64,000 nucleotides of DNA, from NCBI GenBank assembly GCA_029717555.1, contig JAMDHS010000003.1, positions 62,001-126,000 on the forward strand, read 5' to 3'. Shown here one piece after another: positions 1 to 18,213 of this stretch. The notes beneath the pieces were generated by a model. That model had not been told where the DNA came from, ran no database searches, and saw only the letters and a list, made by a program, of their open reading frames with translations. Position 1 is the stretch's first letter. Each line of letters opens with the position of its first letter. The DNA comes from Peribolospora baueri. Its lineage: Eukaryota. Position numbers and translations under genes: made by a program.

Positions 1-671
1 CCTGGCTCTCTTGCCGCTGGAGTGGGAAGCTTGGTGGAGAAGAAGGACGCCCTACGAGGACGTCACGTCACTTTATCAGGCGCCAGAGCGGGAACGCTCT
101 AGGTCACCAAAAGGCAGCACAGTGACAAAGTGACTGAACGGCTGTCCGGGAAAGCTACGGGCTACAGCCAGTCTTCCATCCGTCTTTGCTTATCCAAGAT
201 CACTTCTTCCTCGCACAAGCTCTCACGAGTCTTAATGTATTCATCTCACATTTCGACTCGAATCTACTTTTGAGACCGCTCGTTCGAACGAGGTGGGTCG
301 AAAGGAAGGGTATGTTCTAGTCAAGGTATATATCGGCGAGGTAGGACAAGCGGTGTTTGCTCCAGCTGAAAGCTGGAAAGGAAGTCTGGATGGGCTGATA
401 TGCGAAAGATAAGGATGGGAATTCGGCGAAGGGGAAGCCATTCTAATCGCCGTCTCTGAAAGGAAGACAAAGAAGCAGATTCAATAGATAAAACAGCCTT
501 GAGTCGTTCAGATATGGAAAGAGTAACTTTAAGATTCCTCTCTGAGGGCAACGCTTACGAGGTGAGGTCTTGCAGCAGACGTCCCTGTTCTCCCATAGGC
601 CACGTCGCAGATTGGCACGATTTGTCTACCCGCGAATGGTGAAAGGTAAAAGCACAGACAGCTGCCTGCTT

Positions 672-1397
672 TCAAACACCATCCTCGGCCATCTCTGTAC
701 CCCGCATAATCATGAATAACGCAACGGATGCCAGGGCGAGCACGACGACCGTGCTTGTGCTCATCCATGCCATCTCCTTCCGTGAGAGGGGCTGGAAAGA
801 CTCCGAGGCGGTTGAGGCGGAGGTACCAAAGAGAGGAGCAGGAAGGCCATTCAGCTCGTCCACTTCTTCGTCCGAGGAGTAGGAGGACGAGTAAGAGTCG
901 TGCGACAGGTCCGACCTCCCGTCTAGGCCCATGTCGGGCCCTTCGGCCTGCTCGATATAGTCGTCGTTCTCATCGGCATAATTTGGCCTCCACCTTCCGC
1001 TTCGTCCATGACCTTCTCCACCTTCCTCCAAAATGCCCATCTCCATCCCCGCCTGTCCGTCCATGGACGTCCTCAACCCCATCTCTCTCGTCAGTCCTAG
1101 CGAATTCCTCCTAGCCACATCCGCCAGCCCTGCCGTAGAAGTAACGCTCGCCTGTCGAGTCTTGTGTCTGCGCTGGTCGCTCCCGCCCATCAACGGCGGA
1201 CTGACCGAACGCGCATCTGGCTTCTCTCCCGTTCCTGCTGACCCTCCTTCTCGGGTGTTCGCTTCCGAGTCGGCGCCGCCTGCGCGGGAAGTGTTGGCAC
1301 GAGGCAATGCGGGAGAACGCAGTGCTGACGGGGACGGCGCGGTGAAAGCCACGAGGTCGTCCAAAGACAATGAAGAGGTGGAGGACCGCGGCGACAT
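672..1397 (-). CDS. Hypothetical Ser/acidic-rich protein with a single C-terminal transmembrane helix (tail-anchored candidate), about 241 aa
   Basis: First true ATG of the ORF is at 1397 (MSPRSSTSSLSLDDL). The frame is uninterrupted to the stop at 672 and ends in a hydrophobic stretch WMSTSTVVVLALASVALFMIM. Divergent from SPT16. Confidence 0.65.
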   Translation of the reverse strand: MSPRSSTSSLSLDDLVAFTAPSPSALRSPALPRANTSRAGGADSEANTREGGSAGTGEKPDARSVSPPLMGGSDQRRHKTRQASVTSTAGLADVARRNSLGLTREMGLRTSMDGQAGMEMGILEEGGEGHGRSGRWRPNYADENDDYIEQAEGPDMGLDGRSDLSHDSYSSSYSSDEEVDELNGLPAPLFGTSASTASESFQPLSRKEMAWMSTSTVVVLALASVALFMIMRGTEMAEDGV

Positions 1398-1731
1398 TGG
1401 CTCAGCGGTCTTTCTGCCTGCCTCGTTGGCGGTCTGCGTTGTTATGACGAGGTGTGAGAAGAGCAATGATGAATTGCATCCTGGCCAAGGCGGCCTCTCC
1501 GAGAGCGGCCATGGCTAAGTCCGTTTAAGTGCGTACGATCAATCCACGCGCCCTGCTCTCTACACGGTCGCGTCATCCCAGCGCGCGGGGGCGAAAGAGA
1601 GGAAGAGGCATCGTCGATCGCGAGCGCGATTTCCATCCACAACCGCCATCAGCGTCCCCGCCACCACCCTTTCTTCCATCCATCCGGGTCATTGCACAAC
1701 TCGTCATCGCTCGGAAGCTCGCAGTGTAACG

Positions 1732-6342
<4,611 letters not shown>

Positions 6343-6691
6343 TGATCCGTATGGTCGGTTAGCGCCGACGTGACTTGGTGTTTCCTTGCCGCCGCATTCT
6401 GTCCTGTCCCGTCACCCTTCCGCTCTATGCCTCTTTCTTCCGTTCGTCGTGTATCGTTTTTTCCCGTGGCTGCGAATGCAAGTCCATGAGAGCAATTTAC
6501 GCGTACGGTCGCGTTCGTCTCACCCCGGCTTTACCACGTTGCTCGACTGCGGCAGCGGGAGGATGCCAGCTCAGCTGTGGGCTGCCACGTGCGTGGGAAA
6601 GGGAAGGCCCGCAAGCTCGAGGATTGATTGCCTGGCCTGACCTACGGTCGAGCTAGGTCGTCCGACGAACACGACCACAATCTGGCTCGCC

Positions 6692-9600
6692 ATGGCCACC
6701 TCTCAACCCTCCACGGAGCTGGCAGCCAGCCCGTCAGGGCCAGCTTCGACAATGACCACGTTTCAAATTCATCCCGTCAAGCTCGTCCTCTCCGAGATCA
6801 CGAGCGTCGCATCTGCGATGCGTAAGAGCGCCCGCTTCTCCTCCTCCTCCTCCTACTTCGGCTACGGCTCCTCTTCCTCCAACTCCTCCGCCTTTGCATC
6901 TTATACCCCAGGCTTGCCGTCCGGAAGCGCAAAGGGTGGTCTCGCGAGCAGCATGGGCCTGCGGAACGTCAAGAAGCCCGGCAGGGGCCAGGACGAAAGA
7001 GAGGTCGGCGGGAGGACTGGAAGCTCTGTGCTGCTCGAGAACTTTGCCGTGTTGAGAATGCAATTGAGAGAGACGGATGGTGAGTCTTTTGAACTTGTGA
7101 TCTATAGTGAATTCCTGGTGCTTGGAATGCACAGCCCCGGGCCACCATGAAGGGCGCGAGTAGCTGATCTCCGTACGATGGTCTTTCTCCAAGACATGTC
7201 CAACTTCGACGCCTTTAGTCTCCTCCAGCCTTTTCTCGAGGTCATCCGCTCCCCCTCTACTTCCGGTCTTGTTACGTCCACCGCTCTCGTCTCCATGCTC
7301 AAGTTTCTCCCGCCGCTCCCCCCCGCATACCCCGACACCACCGCCCACGGCGCCATTCCCTTCTCACCGTTCTTGCATCCCTCCTCCCCGTCCTTGTCTC
7401 TCGCACTAGCGGCTCTCTCTCATGCGACGACGCACTGCAAGTTTGAAGCATCGGACAGCAGTTCGGATGAGGTGGTCCTCTTGAGGATCCTTCAAGTGAT
7501 GGAGGCGCTCATGTGCGGGCCTTTAGGCAACGAGTGGCTGAGTGATGAGAGCGTCTGTGAAATGATGGAGACCGGGCTCAGCATGTGCTGTCAGATGAGA
7601 TTGAGCGGTGAGTCGCGAGGCTGGACAGGTCTCGACGGCACGGGCGGTGTGATTCTTACTATCGAGGTTCCTTTCGTCTGCAGGCCCCCTGCGCCGATCA
7701 GCCGAACGCGTGATGCACTCAATGACTCGCGCGGTATTCACTCGCTTAGCCCTCTTTGATCCGATGGACGACCAGGTGGCCCTTCCGATGCGTGGCGAAG
7801 GTGGCCCGTCGACGCCTGCCGTTAGCGAGGCTCAGATCACCGTTAGCGACAGCGTGGAGCTCTCGATCGGGGCGGTGGACAAGGCCGAGGCGGCCGAAAA
7901 GAGCGAAGAAGATATGAAAGGCGATGAAGCTGAAGTGACCGAAGAGAAAGATGGGGAAGAGGCGAATGACATGCAGGAAGACGCGGGTATTGAGGCGCCG
8001 CCGTCACAAGAAGGTGAGCGATCGGGGTGTTTAGCCTATTTATGAACCCCGTGTGATTCTTACCCTCCGGCTTCCCGCCCTACATCTGCACAAATTAGCC
8101 ATCTCTACGGACCCACGGCCTTATGGTCTCGCCTCACTCAAAGAGCTTCTCCGCGTCCTGATCTCCCTTCTGGACCCACACGATCTCCACCATACCGACT
8201 CGATGAGGCAAGTAGCCCTTAGCATCCTTTGCACCGCTTTTGAGGTCGGAGGACGGACTATCGGCATGTTCGCTGGGTTGAGGAGGATGATCCAAGATCA
8301 GGCTTGTAAACATTTGTTCCAGGTCAGTAACGCCCCGAGTCCGGACGGTCCGGTTAAGTTGCTCAGAGCGAAGCGGAGGGCTTACGAGTTCGTACTCGTC
8401 TTCCTCCCCCCTCTAACATATTTCTTTTCATCGTCATAGTTGGCCCGTTCAGAGAATCACGCAGTGCTCTCGCTGGCGCTACGGTGCATATCGGCTATGT
8501 TCGACACCATGCGAGAACACCTGAAGCTCCAGCACGAGCTGTTCCTCTCTTTTCTCATCGATCGTCTTGCCCCGTCATTCCCCATGGTTCACGAACCCTG
8601 GTTGGCCTACTTCCCTCCGGAGGAGGAAAGCTCTTCTCCAGGTGCCGGAGAGCCATCTGCGGGCACAACCGGAGGCAGTGGGTCTACCTCCTCAGGCAAA
8701 GGTGGCTCCTTAGGCCCTTCAGCTTCCTCCGCCTCCACCACCGCCACCTCTTCCTCCCCGGCCTCTCCCTCCCCCATACATGCCCCAACTCCACCGCCCC
8801 CACCGCCTCCTCCGCCATTAACGCGCGATTCGGATCGTGCCCCCGCTGAAGGAGAGACGCGCGAACTGCTCCTAGACGCCCTCTCTATCGTGTCCACCAC
8901 CCGTAGCGTATCCAGTGAAGGGGAAGAGTCGACCAAACGAAGCGATTTCTTGGTGGATTTGTGGGTCAACTACGATTGCGATGCGGAGTGCGAAGACCTT
9001 TTCGAGCAGTTCGTCAGGTTTTTGTGCAGGGTGAGTTGGGCAAGCCGGAAGGAATAGCCATGGGCGTAGGGACCTATACCTCCATTGACTAACGTTTTCT
9101 TAATACGTCTTGTTCTCTTTTGCTTCGCACTCATTCTCCCTTCCTCGATACGGCTCCACTGCACTCAGGGAGTCTTTTCGACGAATCCTGCCACCGGTCG
9201 GCAGGATAATTCACAATTCTTGTGCCTCGACTCCATCCTCGGGTTCATTGACCATATGACGTCGAGACTGCCGGGGGCAGAGGATGAATGGCCGTCGGTG
9301 AGTCTCTTCTCTCTGACAACATCCATTCACACTGGTCCAGCTGAATCAAATTGTATCCTAACCTTGCCTCTTGTGGACTCTGCCACCGTCAGAACCATTC
9401 GACACCGGCTGCCCTCCGCTTGTCCAAGTCCCGCAAATCCGTCCTTCTCGAGGGCGCCGCTCGCTTTAACGCCAAACCCAAGGCGGGGTTGGCCTTCCTC
9501 AAGGAACAAGGGCTCCTGGTTACCGAGGAAGGCGAATCGGAGGCGGAGAGCGTGGCCAGATTCCTCAAGACCTGTCCCAGGCTGGACAAGAAGCTCTTGG

Positions 9601-12600
9601 GAGATTACATCAGTCGGCCGGACAATGTGGAAGTCTTGAAGGCGTTCATTGGCTTGTTTGAATTTGAGGACGTGAGTACTGCTCTCATTGCCTAATCTTG
9701 ACATATATTTTCTTTACTTCCTACCACCACTGAGCCAAATCTGCTCACATCTGTTCTCCTTCCTTATAACCACCTCATCCATCTTTAGAAACCAATCGCC
9801 GAAGCGATGCGCGAGCTCCTGGAGTCTTTCCGCCTTCCAGGCGAGGCGCAGCAGATTGCGCGCATTACAGAGGCGTTTGCGGAGATCTACTTCGCTTCCG
9901 GTCCTGGTGAGTTTTCGCGCTGTCATGGCGTCCGTTCGTTCGCCGTGTGCTGTGGTTGTATGGAAACCAGGTCATGTTTAACATTAGAGTTCGGGTTCCC
10001 TGACGTTTTCTCTCGGGCAACTTTGGTAGCTGGCATCAACTCCCAAGACGGCGTGTATGTGCTCGCCTATTCCATCATAATGCTCAACACGGATTTATAC
10101 AACCCTCAAAATCGAGTCAGTTTCCTTTTCAGTTGGCTTCGCTGCTCGTCGCAGGGCCGGGGGGACGTTACCCCATCTGCTGCAAGCAAGCCGACTGAAG
10201 ACCATAATTTTCCCTTGCTGCTGCAGAAACGTATGACAGTGGAGGACTACCGAAGGAACCTAAGGGGTGTCAATGACGGCAAGGATTTTGCCCCTGAGTT
10301 TCTGGTAGGTGCACGGATCGCGTTGATAAACGCAGTTCTCCACTTGATTCGACCGTAAACTGGTCCTTTAAGGTCCTGCGGGGAAGATAATCACTGACCA
10401 TATTCGACCTTGTCCGCTTGCTGATTTGCAGCAAGAGATCTACGATTCCATTCAGCGGAGAGAGATTGTTATGCCAGAAGAACACCGCGGTCAACTTGGC
10501 TTCGAATACGCTTGGAAGGAGTTGATGCGTCGAGCGGACAACGGTCAGTCGTTCACCTTGGCCTGGGCCTTTTTGTTTGTCATTACTGTCCCCGCTGATT
10601 GCTTTTGGATTCCCTCCCCCAGGCGGTGGCCTCCTGACGTGTCAATCTTCCGTTTTCGACCGAGACCTCTTTCAAAGCGCATGGAAGCCCATCGTTGCGT
10701 CTATCTCCTACGCGTTTTCCAACTTCCAAGACGACTTCATGCTCGAGCGAGCGATAGCTGGTTATCGTCAATGTGCCACCCTGGCCAGCGCCTTTGGCCT
10801 CAGCGAGGTATTCGACCACATCGTCTCTTCCCTCGCCAATGTCACGGGCCTCTTGGATGATGCAGCAAGGTTGAGTGGGAGCGTAAACAACCCGATCGTC
10901 GAGGTTGAGGGGCAGGCGGTCACCGTCAGCACCACTTCCGTCCGGTTCGGAATGAACTTCAAAGGCCAGCTCGGAGCTGTTGTCTTATTCACCATTGCGA
11001 AAGACAACGCAAACGCCATTCAGCGTGGCTGGAATCCGGTGAGACCCAACTGACTATTTCCAGATTACACTCCAGAAGAGATCAGGAAATTCGTCGGTCT
11101 GACCACATCGAGGTCGCTTCCCTTCCGATCCGTTCGCTTGCAGGTCTTTGCCATCTTCCGTGTTCTCTACCAAGCGTCTCTCCTCCCTCCGCCCTTCACG
11201 CAAATGGAGGACTTCCTCCTTGGCCCCACCCCCATTCCTCTCAAGTCCAAGGCCGAAGCAGCGAACCGGGAAGAGCGCCGATACGAAGGCGGCCTCTTCT
11301 CCACCTTGTCCTCCTACCTCCTGTCGCCTTACAGTTCTAGTAACGACAACGTCGTGCCAGAAGCGACTGATGAAGACGTGGAGAACACGCTTTGTGCCGT
11401 CGACTGCGTCTCTTCATGCAGGTTTGATGAGATCTACGAACAGATACTGTGAGTCCGCGATGATTTCTCGATTGACGAACCGCAAGCACTGTTGCTCCTC
11501 TTCCTCGTTGATCTAAATCTCACGGCCTCTTTCCTTCTGTCCCATTCGCAGCAACCTGCGGGGTGATGCACTGCTGTCGGCGGTTCGCGCGCTACGCAAA
11601 CTGGCTGATGCTCAAACGGTCGACCGTCTGTTTGCCTCTGGACCTGCAACCGGTCTACGTGCGCCTGCCGCCGGCCTGGGCGCTTCACACCAGGGAACTC
11701 GGGGGCCGCTCAAGTACGATCCCGCCTCCGTGTTTTTGCTCGAGTTGATGGTCAATCTTGCGACACGTTCTGGGGCCGCTATCGTGGAGGTTTGGTGAGT
11801 CTCACGGTGCCATGCAGGATGGGCTGTGTGTCGCAGATTCGAGGCTGCGAGGCTGCTATTAGACGTCGCTGATGGTCGACCGAATTGTATTCGCAGGCCC
11901 ATCGTCTTCGAGCACATCTCCGGCATCCTTTCTTCGGCACACAGCTTCAACCTTTTCGTCGTGGAACGTGCCGTCGTTGGCCTCTTGCGCGTCGTCCTCG
12001 TCGCCGCCAGCAAGGTAAGCCATTGCCATCGCCTCTTTTGAAAGCGCAGCGCTCAGGGCTGACTGAATCTAGCAACCGTCCCGTCAGAAGGAGCTGCGAG
12101 ATCAAATCTTCCTCTCGCTCGACCTGTTGCGCTCGTTGCCTGCGGAAGCCTTGCTTGCCGTGTCCGCTCAGCTAATGGCTGGTCTGTCGAAGATATTGGA
12201 TGCGCATGCCCAACACATCAAGTAGGTCATCGATGTTCTTCACTCATTGTATTTGCGATATCGATCCTGACGAGTCATTGTTTGCTTCTTTCGCCGTCAG
12301 CTCCGCTACGGAGTGGAACCTGGTCCTCGCCCTTTTTGGCGGGACGGTGCGCCACCCGGAAGCGGCACGTATCTCGTTCGACATCGTGGCGAACTTGACC
12401 AGGAAAGATTTGACGACCGGCAACTTCCAGGGCCTCGTGACAATACTCAGCGATTTTGCGAGCGTGGCTGACAACACGGCGTATAATAGGCCGACGAGGG
12501 ACCCCATTGCACAACCGAAAGTGGATCCCGCCGTGTAAGTGGAAGTGGACTGCGCCGTTCATCGACACGCGATATACCGTGCTGACCGACATGTGTTTGC

Positions 12601-13701
12601 ATTGCTAAACCTCTGGTCGTCCTAGCCGGGAACGTGGTGTTAAGGCGATCGAAATGTTGTTTTCGATGAAGTCGCAGGTGCCGCGGTTGATCGACTCGTC
12701 TTCGCTGCCCTTCGCGCAATGTGCGTGCATTTTTGTCGTCGCGGCACGGACCAAATGTTTGGCCTCTGCCGGTGCTATGATTGCTGACGCGCGCTCTCGT
12801 GCCCTGCTCGTTTTCGTTTCAGCCTGGGAGACATTCTGGCTTCCCATCATGACGGCGCTGAGCCATCAATGCGTGAACGGCTGCCGAGAAGTGCGCCAGT
12901 TGGCATTGACGCACCTCCAACGCACGCTGGTCGCTCCGGAAGTGCTCTCCAACCCAAATGTGGAGTTGACGATCGTCTTCGAGCGCGTCCTTTTCCCGAC
13001 TTTGGATGAGCTCCTGAAGGCACACGTGCTGCAGCGCGACCCAGCGGGGATGGTGGAGACGAGGCTGCGCGCGTCCACGCTGCTCACCAAAATCTTTTTG
13101 CACTACCTCGTACAACTGTCGGAGAAGGAGGATGGCATGACAGAGCTTTGGCTGCGAATCTTAGACTTCCTCGACCGGTTCCTCAACAGCGGCATGCGGG
13201 AACAAATGGTGAGCGAGCCTCCTTCCCCGCCGCCGTTGGTCCATCTCTTAGGCCCGACGAACCGAGCTGACGGTCTTCGTTCTGTCCCGCGCCTCGCTCC
13301 ACGTCCGACGACGGCCCACGCTTCGATACGGCGTGTAGTCCGAAGCGATCTCGGAGAACATTAAAAACGTGCTCCTGGTGATGCACGCCTCTGGTCACCT
13401 CGTGCCACCTCCCTCGCCGCTATCGCCGGCAACGGAAGCGACAGAGGCGCAAGAGAGAGACTCTCGGGAAGGAGCGCAGAGGCGGCTCTGGCAGACGACG
13501 TTCGAGCGTATCGGCAAATTTTTGCCTGACTTGCGACCGGAAGACCTGTTCCCGCCCCCGCCCCCGCCGCGAGCGAAGGAAGTTGGGGTACCCGAGGCGC
13601 CGACGTCGAGCGACCACGGGACCGAACGGCAGCCGCCTGAATCGGGCGGTGCTGCCAGCCAGGACGAACAACAGGGTAGCGGCGCCGAGCGCGAACCCTG
13701 A
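6692..13701 (+). CDS. GEA2: GBF1/Gea1-Gea2 family Sec7-domain ARF guanine-nucleotide exchange factor, multi-exon
   Basis: DCB/HUS motifs THCKFEASDSSSDEVVLLRIL and LWVNYDCD. Sec7 motifs FNAKPKAGL, LLESFRLPGEAQQIARI and VLAYSIIMLNTDLYNPQ. Also EIVMPEEH and the C-terminal HDS motif ETRLRASTLLTKIFLHYL. Confidence 0.95.
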
Positions 13702-13963
13702 GCTTCGTCCTTCACGTATATGTTCGTTGGAAGCTGTTCCTCTTTTCACGAGTCACTGAACCCGAATATTGTCCATATACATGTAAGCACGCAGCACTCG
13801 TTCATGAACTCGTCGCATGTCTCTAGCTACTCGCACTGGAGAAAGCAGTCGGCTGTCAAGAACTTGCTGAAAGACGGTAGGAAGGGAGAGGAACTCGAAA
13901 CGTGTCGTTGGGAGTCATGACGGCAGGAGAGGCCAAGCTGGGACAAGCACACGATGGAGGCCG

Positions 13964-14313
13964 CACGTGATGCTTGGCACGTGACTTGCGTGCAAGAAAG
14001 CCGAAAGCCGGGCGGGTGACGCCACTTGCGTCCCGTTCCTGGGCCGGAGAACTCGGCCCGTTCCTGGACGACAAACAACTCGGCGCGCCCTTCGACCGTT
14101 CGCCTCTTCACCCCGAGGAGACGAGCATCTCCGGCGGCACAGGCGTTGTCTGCACACTCTCACACGCAGCAAGAGGATGACGGCAAGAAGATGGAAAGCG
14201 CACAAAGAAGAGGCAGAGGTTGAAGTGCGCGAGGGAGAGGAAAGGAGTTCACTTGCAAACCCACCCTCCACCCCAACCCCGCGATAACCCCGCTCTTCTT
14301 AGCAGGTCACGTG
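13964..14313. promoter_or_regulatory. Three RTCACGTG E-box (bHLH, Cbf1-type) motifs upstream of the GH92 gene
   Basis: CACGTG cores at 13964-13969, 13978-13983 and 14308-14313. Each extends to RTCACGTG on one strand. Confidence 0.4.
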
Positions 14314-14401
14314 TACGACCCCGCACCTTTTCTTCTTAAGATGGAACGATTGCGCCCCGCTCACGCCCTTCTTCCTTCTTCATCCTCGCTTGCTCAGAAC
14401 C

Positions 14402-17400
14402 ATGCTCATGCGAAGCATGCTCCTGGCGGAGTGGACCGTCCTGCTCCTCTCCGCCCTTGTCTCTTCGTCCCCTTCTCCTCGCTCCCCTTTGCCTTCTAAC
14501 GCCCCCGCCGCCGGCACCGGGACGTCCAATACGGCCCCTGATGCGTTCCGCATTCCCGCCTCAGCCAATGTGGACTCCGTCAATCCCATGCTCGGAAACG
14601 GGGGGGACACGCCCAACGGCAGCGGTGGCATGATTCCTAGCTGCTCGCCGCCGTTTGCGCAGACCCGCTGGACGCCGGCCGGTCGGCAGAACTTCGTCTC
14701 CGGGTTGCCGTACAACGTCGTGCGTCATCTTTTTCTCGCCCGTAGTTCGCCCGAAAACCGCTATCTGGACGGCAGTGGACGATTAGACCACCCGTTGTTC
14801 TGATCCGGTTTTTACTCTACATCCTGGCTCTCGCAGACGGACACCACCATAGCAGGCTTCCAGGGTACGCACCAGCCGGCCATCTGGATGGGCGAATCGG
14901 GCCAGGTCGTCGTCGCGCCCGGAGTGGGCAAGGTCAAGACGGCTTTCAAAGATCGAGGCCTCTCCTTCAGCCACGATGATGAGATCTCCACGGTGTCGTA
15001 CTACAGCGTCAAGATGAACGCCGGCGAGGGGGGTGAAGTGATTGCGGAGATGTCGTCTACGGTAAGCTACGAGCGGTGGAGAAGGACTGTCGTTTTCATT
15101 CTCCTCAACGTCACAACACTCCCCTTTCTCTTGACACCAACCAGTCCCGCGTTGGTCATCTTCGCTTTACCTTTGACCCCATCTCTTCCAACTCGTCCGT
15201 GGCCTCCCCCAACGCCAGCGAGCCCCACGTCATCGTGCAAGCGACGCGCGGCAACATCACCGGCTGGGTTCAGATCGACCCTTCATCCAAGGAGATCCGA
15301 GGTTGGAACCCGGAGCGTCAGGATCATGTCTTGGGACCCTTCAACGCCACTCACTTCAAAGGCTACTTTGTCGCTCGCTTCGATACCGAGTTCGCCAGCT
15401 GGGGCACGGGCGTGTATGGGAATGTCACGGAAGGCGAGAAGGAACGCACGGGCCAAGAGTTGAGCGCATTCGTGCGCTTCAACAAGACCAGCGTCGCCGA
15501 GGCCAAGACGACGGTGAATGTACGCGTCGGGCACAGCTTCGTTTCCATTGAGCAGGCGAGGTCCAACATCGACTCGGAGATCCCCGACGGGACGACGCTG
15601 GAGAAGACGGCGGAAGGAACGAGGAAGGCCTGGGCGGATAAACTCGACGTCATCGAGCTCGAAGGGGCTACGAACGAGAACAGGACGACGTTCTACACCG
15701 GCGTTGTTCATGCGCTCACATACCCCTACGACATGTTCGATTACGAGGGAGGAGACAAGAACAAGCCGATTCATTACTCTGGCTATGATGACAAGGTAGG
15801 CGGGGAAGCGGCAGCGCCATGGGTGCACTTACCGTTGGCTTCGAAGACGAAGGTTCCTGCCTCCCGTGAGAGTCGAGCTCGCTAACCCTAGCTCATCCCT
15901 TCCCTTCGTCCCCATCTCCGGCCCGCAGATTCATCAGGGCAAGGTTTACAATGGCTGGTCGTGAGTTCCTTCTCCGTATTGATTGCAGCTACTTCCACCG
16001 CCAGACTGAATCACGCCTGTCTTCCTTTCCTCCAATCCATCGACAGCAACTGGGACACGTTCCGTAAGCTCTGGAGACTAATGCGAGCGTTGAGTCTCCG
16101 AGTTTCTGCTGATCTGGTTGCTTTGATGCCACCACCACCTTCTTTTTCTTTTCCGCACGCAGGCGCGGAGTGGAATTGGCTCATCCTCCTCGCTCCCGAG
16201 AGGATTGCTGATATGATGCAAAGCATCTTGATCGACTTCGAGCAGGAAGGCTGGGTGAGCATGGCTCGGTATGGTGGCTGCCGAAAACTTTCGTGCATGC
16301 GGTAACCACGTCTTCCTTATTCGTCTCTGTCCCTGACCGCCTTCGACACTGATCTCACGCAGACGCCAATGTGGAAGAACATTGTCGAGGTTAGTGACTT
16401 TCCTACGCTTCCAACAGGCTTGAACGGCGTTAAACTGAAACGATTGATCGACCCTGCCCCCGATTCAGACGAACATCATGGTCGCCGAGCATGCCGATTC
16501 CATCCTCGCCACCGCTTTCGTCCTCCAAGGGGGCAAAGGGTTCGACCGCGAGCTCGCCTGGAAGGCCGTGTATACTGTGAGTCATCGGTCTGCTCATGTA
16601 GCTTGAAGGGAAGCCGCTCAAGCCCGAGAACTGAGCAACTTCCTCGTCCCTTTCGAACTTTTTTCTTGCCTTTTTTTAGGATTCGATGGTACGTGACAAC
16701 TCTCGTCTCAACCACGTGTGTATGAGGCCCACTCCTTCTGTCATGATAATCATCTTTCTTTCCGCCATTTCACACATCCGCATAAAGGTTCCCCCCATCA
16801 ACGACACGACCATTCAGTGAGTTCTTCTATGGCTCGGAATTCATACCTCGATCCAATCGGCCTGACCGATCCCATGCTTTTTTTTTTGCCGTCTTCGTCA
16901 TTGCGATGCACACAGGTACGCAGACCGACAACAGGGCACACCAGTGGAAGCGAATGCAGGCTTGACGCTGTACAAGGAAAAGGGCTTCGTCGCCGCCGAC
17001 CAGCACACCGAGTCCGCGTCGCGTACCCTAGACTACGCCTGTGAGTGGAACGAGTCGCCGTTTCTCAGATACAAATGGGGCGTATGCGAACATCAAGTGG
17101 GAAGAGTGCAGGCGCCCAAATAGGGTGAAGATTTCCACTGATTTCATTTCCGCGATCATGGTCGATTTTTCCTAGACGACGACTATGCCGTCTCGGTCAT
17201 CGCGGACGCCCTCGGCAAGACGAAGGAAGCTGAGTTCTTCAGGCAGAGGAGCAAGAACTACCAGAAGATATGGAACAACGATACAGGCTTCATGGAGGCA
17301 CGCTTGGCAAATGGAAGCTTCGCCGGGCCAGACGTTGGCTGGACGGAAGGGGACAAGTGGCAGTGTGAATATCGTCGATCGGCCACGGGCCTTCCCCTTC

Positions 17401-18213
17401 CGTTTGCAAGCCGTTCAAGCCTAACATATTCTCTCTCCTTGCTTTGGCTGGTCGTGCAGACACCTTTGACGTCATGCACGACATTCCTGGCCTTGTGGAC
17501 CTGATGGGCTATGACCGCTTCGTAGAGACGCTTAACAACCTCTTCCTGTTGGGACACGTGGGTAACAAGGCCGATCCGATCGATGCTGTGTTCGTCTCGC
17601 CTGCTGAACTGATCTGACGTACTGTGTCTCCTTGCTTCGACAGGATGACCACACCAACGAGCCCTCTCATCATATTCCATACCTGTTTGCTATGGTGGGC
17701 AAGGCCGCGCAGACCCAAGAGCGTGTGCGTTCGATCGGCCAGTCGAACTACAACAGCACCGACCGTGGTCTTTCCGGTGAGTACAACGGCATGTCCGCCC
17801 GTCGAGCACGGGAGAGCCCCTCGATCGGACCCGTGGGTTCGCTAACTCCAAATTGGTCTTCTTCTCCGTCTCTCACAGGCAACGAGGACTGTGGTCAAAT
17901 GTCGGCATGGTACCTGTTCAGCTCCTTGGGCATGTATCCCGTGAACCCGGCTTCGGACGAGTACGTGGTCGGCGCGCCCTACTGGGACAAGGCTACGATC
18001 CGGTGGCCTGGAGCAAAAGAGCCTCTGGTCATCGAAGCGGCCGGTGCCGGCGCCACTTCCAAAGGCCTTGTCTACGTAAAGTCGCTCACGGTGAACGGAG
18101 AAGCGGTGGATAAGCCGGTGCTGAAGCACTCGCAGATCGCCAACGGAGGACACATCGTGTTTGAGATGACGGACAAGCCGACGTCTTGGGGAAGCAAGGG
18201 AGTCCTCCCCTGA
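14402..18213 (+). CDS. Secreted glycoside hydrolase family 92 (alpha-1,2-mannosidase), many exons including micro-exons
   Basis: Hydrophobic N-terminus; motifs GFQGTHQPAIWMGESG, spliced GWSNWDTFRAEW, SASRTLDYA, HTNEPSHHIPY and GNEDCGQMSAWYLFSSLGMYPVNP. The start could be any of the ATGs at 14402, 14408 or 14417. Confidence 0.95.
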
